From Candidatus Heimdallarchaeota archaeon (GTDB lineage: Archaea > Asgardarchaeota > Heimdallarchaeia > Heimdallarchaeales > Kariarchaeaceae): a stretch of 32,000 bases of DNA. Of this stretch, positions 25,318-32,000 are shown piece after piece. Position numbers and translations under genes: made by a program. A model generated the notes under the pieces. It worked only from the letters and a program-made list of their open reading frames with translations, was not told where the DNA came from and searched no databases. The stretch spans positions 600,001 to 632,000 of the forward strand of contig JASBSB010000001.1 of the NCBI GenBank assembly GCA_030149205.1, given 5' to 3'. Position 1 is the stretch's first letter. Each line of letters starts with the position of its first letter.

Positions 25318-27482
25318 TTGTTTTTCCTCCTGAATATTATTGGCACTGTAATCACAAAAAATAAGGTCACCCAAGGAAAAGACAGAGGATTTTGAGTACT
25401 TGTGTTTAAAGCCCCTCCTGTGCTAAGTGGAGTTTTTGGAACCTTATAAAATGGATCAGGGGTTTGAAGTTTGAAATCAGTAGCTTTGTTTGTGTCTTTA
25501 TAGGATGGTGATCTGAAAATAGCCTTTCCTGCCTCAATTGTCTTAACTGCCTCTGATCCATCTGGAGCTTTTGCAGTTCCCCAGGCGATAGCATCCATAA
25601 CCTTTCCTTTGTTATCTAATAACTGTACGAAATCACCAGAATTAGAGAGACTAAAACTATAGCTATAACTTGCATCTCCTGAAAAGGCCTGTTTAAAACC
25701 TGTTGAGCTCCTTGCAAAAATTAAAGATGTATAAGATGGTATTACAACATTATCAAATGTGAACAATTCATTTTGAGTTCCAACCTTCCAACCATCTAAT
25801 AGGACATCAAAGGGAAAGCTATTTGAAACAACGAAATATTCACCCAAGGTGTCAGAGACTGTTGATGGATTAGGAAGAACCTGTGTTAATAGAACTCTCC
25901 AGTTGTTTGATCCTTTGTCATAATTGGCAATAGTAACTTTGACATTATCAGTAAATGTCTGCCCATTTGACACAGCCCTGAGAAAGATAGAAACAACACC
26001 ATTTGATAATTTAGTTGTATCAATTGATGTCGTGAAGGTTGATGCAGATGCAGTGATGCTATTCCAGGTTGCTTTGTTATCCAAACTGTATTCAACAGTC
26101 GATACATTTAATCCGGAGAGCACACCTTTTAGATTCACTGTTCCTGAGAGAATGTCTCCCGTTGTGAAGCTATTTTGGGTTATCCCAATTGGGAGTTTCC
26201 AAGCACTTGCAACAGCAACGTCTTTTTTAAACACCTCATTTTTGAAGAAGTCTGCGATCGTAGGATCATCATGGATTGCAATGCCCATATCTCTGTTAAC
26301 ATCTCCTGAGGGGTAGGACGTTTTACCACTGGCAAGAGGTGAACTTACACTTCTAGGTGACCAGTTCCCAGAATATACAAACACATGCTTCCCATCAATG
26401 ATCCAGTACTTGTTGTGGTAAAAGTTCAAGTCTGATGTGCTATTAAAAACTGGGATCAAATTCGCTACCAATGACTTGGCAGCAGCCTTAGTATCAACAT
26501 TTTCGGATCCACCTACCCTGCGTCTAGAAATCAGAACCTGAATATCAAGGCTGGGATTGTCTTTTTTAAGCTTTATCAGAGTATTATTAAAATCAGGCCT
26601 ACTAATTGTGTACATGGAAACGTAGATTGATTTTTTGGCTGTGTTAAGGTAATTGAAAATAACATCATTAGCATTATCAGGATTTGTAAATGCTGTAACA
26701 TTGTAAATACCAGTGTAATTAGTTCTGGGGATATTAGTTGGGGATTTAAAGCCAGTGTAGTCAATGTGGACTGGTTTCACAAAAGGTGGTGGCACAGTAA
26801 CTGAAGGTGATGGGGGAACTACTCCATCATTCCAATCAGCCTCAAAAATACTCGTGTAATATTTTGCAACGTTTGAATTTTGGATAACCATTCCCGCCTC
26901 CCTGTTACGTGTGAATGCATTTGATCCAAAGTTAATAGAACTGATTAAGGACACCTTTTTATCGATGACTACCATTTTATTATGTGTTTGACTTATGTAT
27001 GAACCAGAAGTGGCGGAAGCAGAGTCCCCCATCCATCTCACACTTATCCCAACGTTCTGAAAAAACGCAGTTACATCATCTGAGTCACTCAACTCATTTA
27101 CTTGAACACGAACAGTCACACCTCTCTGATGTGCTTTTACCAATTCACGAACTATTGGGTTAGAATCAGAGGGCCAATCTTTTGGAGTTGTTGATGTTGT
27201 TCCATTAAACATTGTAATGTATTGATTTTGAACATCGATCGATGTGTTTGCTTTAGACAACCAATTTGCATAGATTGCCAATGCATTATCAGGTGTGAAA
27301 AGAGGAGACAAACTCATCTGTTCCTTCACATTTAATGCCTTGAATGTAGGTGTATAAGTTAAAGGTTCAACATTTGATAGATTTACCTTAGATGTTGAAT
27401 GTGCAGATGCATGTACAATAGTCCCAGTCGGAATCAAGAGAACAAACATCATAAGCAATAACAGTCGCTCTTTTTTAAGCAT
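25314..27482 (-). CDS. Secreted phospholipase D-family protein (2x HKD) + Ig-like + lamin-tail domain + C-terminal TM anchor
   Basis: Signal peptide; HNKMVVID...SSIN and HNKYWIID...SGN; beta-rich GTVNL...VEYSLD module; LTQVLPNP...EY...N...L.GW...LSNSGD (LTD); TM + RRKNK. Confidence 0.85.
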   Translation of the reverse strand: MLKKERLLLLMMFVLLIPTGTIVHASAHSTSKVNLSNVEPLTYTPTFKALNVKEQMSLSPLFTPDNALAIYANWLSKANTSIDVQNQYITMFNGTTSTTPKDWPSDSNPIVRELVKAHQRGVTVRVQVNELSDSDDVTAFFQNVGISVRWMGDSASATSGSYISQTHNKMVVIDKKVSLISSINFGSNAFTRNREAGMVIQNSNVAKYYTSIFEADWNDGVVPPSPSVTVPPPFVKPVHIDYTGFKSPTNIPRTNYTGIYNVTAFTNPDNANDVIFNYLNTAKKSIYVSMYTISRPDFNNTLIKLKKDNPSLDIQVLISRRRVGGSENVDTKAAAKSLVANLIPVFNSTSDLNFYHNKYWIIDGKHVFVYSGNWSPRSVSSPLASGKTSYPSGDVNRDMGIAIHDDPTIADFFKNEVFKKDVAVASAWKLPIGITQNSFTTGDILSGTVNLKGVLSGLNVSTVEYSLDNKATWNSITASASTFTTSIDTTKLSNGVVSIFLRAVSNGQTFTDNVKVTIANYDKGSNNWRVLLTQVLPNPSTVSDTLGEYFVVSNSFPFDVLLDGWKVGTQNELFTFDNVVIPSYTSLIFARSSTGFKQAFSGDASYSYSFSLSNSGDFVQLLDNKGKVMDAIAWGTAKAPDGSEAVKTIEAGKAIFRSPSYKDTNKATDFKLQTPDPFYKVPKTPLSTGGALNTSTQNPLSFPWVTLFFVITVPIIFRRKNK

Positions 27483-27653
27483 TATACCTGAAGTTTTATG
27501 TAACTTATTAAATAATGTTGTAACTATATGTAAAAATAATTAATGATTTTATAGATTAAGGTTTTCCACTTGAATTCCTTTTGATTGATATGAGAACTTA
27601 TAAAAAGAAGTATACCCTCTGATATTTATGCATCCTACTGAGGCGATGTCTTA

Positions 27654-27926
27654 ATGACCAAAAAAAGAAGAGCAGGTGGCAGATCAGGTGGTTCTCGAGG
27701 AAGAGCACAAACTGTTCAATGCAGTTCCTGTGGTAGATCTGTTCCTGCAGATAAAGCAAAGAAGAGCACTAAGTATGTCAGTGTTGTCGATCCAAGAATG
27801 GCACAAGAGCTACGAAAAGCTGGGGCTGTAATTCCAAGAAGAAGAGAAACCCAGATATTCTGTATTAGTTGTGCGATTCATAGAAAGAGAGTTAAAATTA
27901 GATCCAAAGACGCAAGGAAAGAATAA
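27654..27926 (+). CDS. rps26e: 30S ribosomal protein S26e (eS26)
   Basis: MTKKRR.GGR, VQCSSCGRSVPADKAKK, FCISCAIH, RSK. Confidence 0.95.
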   Translation: MTKKRRAGGRSGGSRGRAQTVQCSSCGRSVPADKAKKSTKYVSVVDPRMAQELRKAGAVIPRRRETQIFCISCAIHRKRVKIRSKDARKE

Positions 27927-28096
27927 GGTATAATTTAATTCCACTAAAATTTTTTACTTTTGTTGTGTAATGTTATCTGAAGTTTTAAGACTTAGAATAT
28001 TCAATTTTATCTTATAATCACAGAAAATATTCTTAGGATAATATCTTGGTATCCTCTAAGCTTTTACATTATATTAATCAAAGGAGTAATGCAATC

Positions 28097-29539
28097 ATGA
28101 CAAGGGATAACAAGTGGAAATGTAAATCTTGCGCAACCACTCAGCCCCTGTCATTCTGTAAAAACTGTGCAACTTTTCTCTGTCATGATTGTTTAGAAGA
28201 AAGTTTGATAGAAATTTACAAGTGTGACTCCTGTGAGGTTAAATTAGAGAATACTGAAATTTGTCCAAAATGTCATGAACCTGCAACAAAAATCGATAGC
28301 TCTAAGAAAAAATCTTGCAAATACTGTAAATCTACAGAGATTGTAGAGCCATATGAGCTTCTCAATTCAATCCCAAAAGATTTTATTTCAAAAATTAGCT
28401 CAATCACAACTTTCAGTGATCAGATTGTTGATATCCATAAAAAACTTGAGCGGATGATAGCAGTTGTAAAGATAGCGAGAGACATGGGCTATATCGGATA
28501 TCCTTCAATCGAATATCATTTACAGAAGATTCTCGTTGCTTTGGTTGCGCTAAATAGTGAGGCTGAAAAAAACCTTGATCTAATAAAGAAAACGGCACTC
28601 CAAATCCTTAGAAATCAAAACAATTTTTCTGAAATAGATCTTGAATTGTTTAGCCTTGTGAAGTCCAACTTTCAGGTTCTTGATAACTCAATCGAAACCT
28701 TCGAGAAAAACACCATTGAAAAACAAGAAAAGCTTAATGAGGAATTTATTCAACTTGTTCCAAAGGTTGAAAATCTCCTATATCACAGAACATTGTTTGA
28801 GAGTCTTAAACCTCAACTTTCGGTAGAGTTCCCAGAAATTTTTGCGGTGCTTCAACACTTGAAAATAAAGTTGAAAATAACTTTGATCCAAAAGCAGAGT
28901 GACATCGCTGTTTTCGTCTTTTTAAGAGACTGTCTGTTCATATTGAGAGAAAGCACAGGTGAGTTCGTTCATGAGATAAAGTACTCTGACATCCAAAACA
29001 TAGAGATCCAAGAACCGCTACTTAAATCCTCCAATATAGTTCTTCATGCAAGAAAGGGAGAAATCAGGATCTTTGGAACCCCAACTGAACTCAGCCAAAT
29101 TAAATCATATTTCGATCTGATTTCATCAGGAACTGATTTTACAGTGAGAGACAAACAGATGGTGTATAACCTAGAGGCAAATTGTCCTGATGGTTCAATT
29201 ATCAAAAATGATTCTGATGGATTAATCAACATTGTTAAAGAAAAAATTAATGGACAACCTCTTGATCAGATCAGACAAAACACCCGAACAGGAATCAATC
29301 AAATAAAATCTAAAATTGTGGAGATACAAACAGAGATTGATATGTTGGAGGCAGAGGCAAAGTCTCAAACAAATTTTGATCCACTGCTTCTGGATAAAAT
29401 TCAATTTCTAAAATCAGAAAAGCGTGACTGGCAATCTAAGCTTTACCTAATCCAAGGTGGCTACTCTCAGAATTTATCACAATACTTTCAGAGAAGGTCG
29501 AATCTTGATGAAGAATCTAGCAACCCTTACGGAATTTAG
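28097..29539 (+). CDS. Hypothetical multi-zinc-finger / coiled-coil / PH-like domain protein
   Basis: Six CxxC pairs in the first ~80 aa; helical region; beta-rich module ending in a helix; terminal helical hairpin. Start set at ATG 28097 with AGGAG at 28082-86. Confidence 0.7.
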   Translation: MTRDNKWKCKSCATTQPLSFCKNCATFLCHDCLEESLIEIYKCDSCEVKLENTEICPKCHEPATKIDSSKKKSCKYCKSTEIVEPYELLNSIPKDFISKISSITTFSDQIVDIHKKLERMIAVVKIARDMGYIGYPSIEYHLQKILVALVALNSEAEKNLDLIKKTALQILRNQNNFSEIDLELFSLVKSNFQVLDNSIETFEKNTIEKQEKLNEEFIQLVPKVENLLYHRTLFESLKPQLSVEFPEIFAVLQHLKIKLKITLIQKQSDIAVFVFLRDCLFILRESTGEFVHEIKYSDIQNIEIQEPLLKSSNIVLHARKGEIRIFGTPTELSQIKSYFDLISSGTDFTVRDKQMVYNLEANCPDGSIIKNDSDGLINIVKEKINGQPLDQIRQNTRTGINQIKSKIVEIQTEIDMLEAEAKSQTNFDPLLLDKIQFLKSEKRDWQSKLYLIQGGYSQNLSQYFQRRSNLDEESSNPYGI

Positions 29540-29786
29540 GAATTAGTATCCATAGTATTAACACACGATAGTTTGATTTCAATAGATCTTAAGCTAAAAA
29601 ATGGTTAAATTGTGCAATACATGGGTAGATCATAAAAAGATTCAGAGATACTCCTTAATTTTAAATATTTAACAAGTTTATTGTTGGAACCATTTTGAAC
29701 CCTTTGAACAGATTAACAAAGTGTTATCATATTTAGCAAATTAATAACGTATAGTGCTGATTAAACGCAATGTTAAAAGAAAATTC

Positions 29787-29796
29787 AAAAAAAAAA
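29787..29796 (-). terminator. Oligo-T (T10) archaeal terminator downstream of tRNA-Trp
   Basis: Run of 10 A on the + strand, starting 6 nt past the discriminator base. Confidence 0.6.
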
Positions 29797-29815
29797 TAAT
29801 ATGGGGACAGAGGGA

Positions 29816-29836
29816 ATTTCATGAATTTACATTCAT
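29816..29836 (-). other. tRNA intron at non-canonical position 59/60 (T-loop), strict bulge-helix-bulge
   Basis: 21 nt; central helix TTCA/TGAA, bulges AA^A and AT^T, outer stem TGAAT/ATTCA closed by a GTAA loop. Confidence 0.9.
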
Positions 29837-29858
29837 TTTGAACCCCCGACCTTCTGGT

Positions 29859-29886
29859 TTTACTGCTCAGGTATTTTAAACCTAAT
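29859..29886 (-). other. tRNA intron at about position 37/38 with relaxed BHB
   Basis: 28 nt; 5' bulge AG^A, outer stem TTAGGT/ACCTGA, central helix CTCC/GCAG with one C-C mismatch, 5-nt 3' bulge TAAA^A. Confidence 0.8.
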
Positions 29887-30001
29887 CTGGAGCCAGATGC
29901 GCTGCCGAGCTACGCTACATCCCCACAGCCTTCTTGTAGAAAGCCAAATTTTAATCAGAGTTTTAGCTTTTTAGCCTTTTGGTTATTACGAGAGAATTTA
30001 T

Positions 30002-30667
30002 TCAGTAAGCGAGTAATTCTTTCATCTTTTCAAGGTAAGGTGACGATAGTCTGAGTATTCTTGATATAATTTCATTGACAGCCGAATTAATATCATCTTT
30101 TTCAATGCAGTAATGAATAATTTTTAGCCTTAGTGCATCTTCTGCTGAAATTCCATCTGCTAACAGTATGAGTTCTTTTGCTCGACTCAGACCAATTAAC
30201 TTCGGTAACCTTTGTGTCCCACCCCAAGCTGGCAATAGCCCAATACTTAGTTCAGTTAACCCCAGTTTTGCTGAGTTTACACAGATCCGTACATCACATG
30301 CAAGGGCAAGTTCTAACCCTCCACCAAACGCATGCCCATTCATAACAGCTACGACTGGTTTAGGGAAGTTTTGTATTTTCATCAATAATTTTTGGGCAGA
30401 GCGGGTGTAAGCAGATTTTTTCTCACCCTTTAGAGTTCTCACTTCTTTCAAGTCTGCTCCGGCACAAAATGTTGTACCAGTTCCGGTTATTATCAGGCAT
30501 TTCAATTTTTGGTTTTTCCAAAACTGTTCAATTAGAAAATTAAATTCTTTTATCACATCACTGGAAATTGCGTTTCTGGCTCTTTCCCTGGAAATTGTTA
30601 TTGTGACAACCAAATCTTTTCCTATTGCTTCTTCCTTTACGGTGAGATTGTTAAGGATCAATATCAC
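30002..30667 (-). CDS. Enoyl-CoA hydratase/isomerase (crotonase) family protein, short C-terminus
   Basis: RARNAIS, FCAGADLKE, MNGHAFGGGLELALACD, LTELSIGLLPAWGGTQRLP. Confidence 0.9.
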   Translation of the reverse strand: MILILNNLTVKEEAIGKDLVVTITISRERARNAISSDVIKEFNFLIEQFWKNQKLKCLIITGTGTTFCAGADLKEVRTLKGEKKSAYTRSAQKLLMKIQNFPKPVVAVMNGHAFGGGLELALACDVRICVNSAKLGLTELSIGLLPAWGGTQRLPKLIGLSRAKELILLADGISAEDALRLKIIHYCIEKDDINSAVNEIISRILRLSSPYLEKMKELLAY

Positions 30668-30745
30668 CCTCTGAATTGATAAGTTAATATCTCTTCATAC
30701 TGTTAAATAATGGATTGTAAATTGTATTTTCTGTTAATATCCTAC

Positions 30746-31336
30746 TTATAAACTATCTTTTCTTTGAAATTCTGCTTCAAGCCTTAATCGTATCAAGCCA
30801 ATAACCTGACTTGCTAATAGTGATTCTTCGTGGATCGATATTGGAACACACCCTAATTCCTCCAAATTCAATCTGTCTTCTGGGGTTATGTCATTCTTTG
30901 ACCCTAACACAATACCCAAGTCGTTATCTTTAAGGAGTTCTGCAATGTTCTCCTGCGTTAATTTGAAACCCGTTTCTTGTAGATCCATCCAGATCATATT
31001 TGGGTTGTTTTTCTTTAAATTGCCAGCAAGGTTAATCAGAGATTCTTCATGCCAAAGTGTTTCCCAATTTTCTTTGACCTTCCGAGCTAGTGAAACTTCA
31101 AATTCTTGATCAAAATTGAAGCTGTCTCGAGTCAAGTGAAGGTAACCTTTTGGTTCCCCACCCTTTAGAAAAGAATAAAAATCGACCTCAACGAAATCGT
31201 TTTTGGAAATAGTCCTTAATGCATTTAACATGCATCTGAATATAATATCAATTCTTCCATGACCAGGAAGGTTATTGAGCTTGTATGAATTGTTTGGGAT
31301 TGCTTTTTGATGTATGAGTAGAACAATGAGTTTCAT
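30746..31336 (-). CDS. trmY: tRNA pseudouridine-54 N1-methyltransferase-like SPOUT methyltransferase
   Basis: LPGHGRIDIIFRC..NAL and C-terminal SPOUT knot IVLG...I..ED...ISI....LLASQVI; start set at MKLIV (31336). Confidence 0.65.
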   Translation of the reverse strand: MKLIVLLIHQKAIPNNSYKLNNLPGHGRIDIIFRCMLNALRTISKNDFVEVDFYSFLKGGEPKGYLHLTRDSFNFDQEFEVSLARKVKENWETLWHEESLINLAGNLKKNNPNMIWMDLQETGFKLTQENIAELLKDNDLGIVLGSKNDITPEDRLNLEELGCVPISIHEESLLASQVIGLIRLRLEAEFQRKDSL

Positions 31337-31352
31337 ATTTTTGTGATATTCT

Positions 31353-32000
31353 TTAGAGAACACCAATATTATCAGAAATTGTACCACGAATTACCTGATT
31401 TGGGCCTATAGTTACATTTTGATTGACCAATGTGCCTGGCAATGAAGTAACATTAGGCCAGATAACACTGTGAGTTCCAAAAACCGCCCCAAATTTTATA
31501 GTGGGTATCTGTTCCTTTTTCCCGTCAACTAATGCAAATATGTGGTCTTGACCCTTGATTTTATTTACTGTGACACAACCAGCCTGAACAACTGCCTTTT
31601 TTCCAACAATTGAGTCACCTACAAAACATTGGCGAGAGACAGTAGATCCTTCCATCACCAAAGAACCTTTGACTTCAACGCCCATTCCTATTACTGAGTT
31701 TTTTTCAATGATAGTATCTTTTCGAACCAGACTGTTATTTCCTATAAAGGTGTTTTCTCCAATGTAAACTGGACCTCGAATAACAGATCCATGAAGAATT
31801 GTTACTCCCTTTTCTATAATAACAGGCCCTATGATTTGTGTACCACCCTCAATATTGGTTTCAGGGTGTATTATTGATACCTGTTTTGTCCCTAAAATCA
31901 TCTTGTTAGCTCGTAACAGGTTCCAAGGTCTTCCTACGTCAACCCAGGGTTCATTCCAGACCCCACAAGCAATTTTACCATCATTTTCAATGAAATGGTT
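31353..32000 (-). CDS. Sugar-phosphate nucleotidyltransferase/acetyltransferase (archaeal GlmU-like), C-terminal part
   Basis: Frame stays open to the window end: ...WVDVGRPWNLLRAN, then hexapeptide left-handed beta-helix repeats (GPVIIEKG, GPVYIGEN, VGDSIVG). Confidence 0.85.
   Translation of the reverse strand, partial: NHFIENDGKIACGVWNEPWVDVGRPWNLLRANKMILGTKQVSIIHPETNIEGGTQIIGPVIIEKGVTILHGSVIRGPVYIGENTFIGNNSLVRKDTIIEKNSVIGMGVEVKGSLVMEGSTVSRQCFVGDSIVGKKAVVQAGCVTVNKIKGQDHIFALVDGKKEQIPTIKFGAVFGTHSVIWPNVTSLPGTLVNQNVTIGPNQVIRGTISDNIGVL

Larger units (their letters stand above)
29802..29924 (-). tRNA. tRNA-Trp(CCA) with two introns; CCA end not encoded
   Basis: GGGGATG/TGTCCCC acceptor stem, GCGT/GCGC D-stem, TCTGG/CCAGA anticodon stem with CT-CCA-G, GGGGG/CCCTC T-stem; 74-nt mature form after removing 28 + 21 nt. 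Confidence 0.93.

Noticed and set aside
25560-25900. Lamin-tail domain as a eukaryotic signature
   Set aside because: LTD is widespread in secreted bacterial and archaeal hydrolases; not evidence of lamins.
2668-26764. Many short ORF-track entries overlapping real genes (for example 2668..3300, 5212..5535, 13451..13726, 16828..19071 set, 25924..26316)
   Set aside because: Antisense or alternate-frame shadows of well-supported genes, with no recognisable motifs.
25314-27482. PLD as an anti-phage nuclease (DISARM DrmC or restriction-type)
   Set aside because: It has a signal peptide and membrane anchor, and no helicase, methylase or other defence genes are nearby.
29601-29672. 23-codon ORF in the long intergenic region
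   Set aside because: No SD, no motif, and length expected by chance.
29859-29892. Alternative splice giving a Leu anticodon (TAA or CAA)
   Set aside because: Short 5-nt variable loop, no BHB support for those junctions, and a CT-CCA-G loop typical of archaeal tRNA-Trp.
29540-29924. tRNA as an integration site of a mobile element
   Set aside because: No integrase, no duplicated tRNA 3' fragment and no obvious composition shift in the window.
29963-30004. UGA read-through (selenocysteine) extending the crotonase
   Set aside because: It would add only 12 residues unrelated to the crotonase C-terminus; no SECIS-like hairpin seen.
1-32000. CRISPR arrays, IS elements, long tandem repeats
   Set aside because: None seen on reading either strand; no transposase, integrase or cas motifs in any ORF.

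Overview
AT-rich archaeal chromosomal window. An Asgard (Heimdallarchaeia-like) origin is inferred, not proven, from stand-alone eS26, a Sec61alpha-like SecY, egsA, an intron-containing tRNA and C-terminally anchored surface proteins. It holds about 30 protein genes: a LIV-type ABC importer (livF-livH-livM-livG, minus strand) divergent from a PGF-CTERM-anchored Venus-flytrap binding protein, egsA, DUF2203, PAC2, YcaQ-like glycosylase, aldo/keto reductase, long FKBP, two tandem-PRC-barrel paralogues, hbd, minimal biotin ligase, mce, a MacB/FtsX-type ABC system with two ATPases (one fused to an AbrB-like domain), an RHH protein, ALDH, udp, an orphan secY, a cyclophilin-like protein, a secreted PLD-Ig-LTD protein, eS26, a multi-zinc-finger/coiled-coil/PH-like protein, enoyl-CoA hydratase, TrmY and a partial GlmU-like gene. 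Two RNA genes absent from the ORF track were read from the sequence: a tRNA-Trp(CCA) with two introns (37/38 and T-loop 59/60) and a box C/D guide sRNA whose D' guide is complementary to LSU rRNA helix 69. I saw no CRISPR array, integrase or transposase. Family assignments and residue alignments come from recalled motifs, not database searches.
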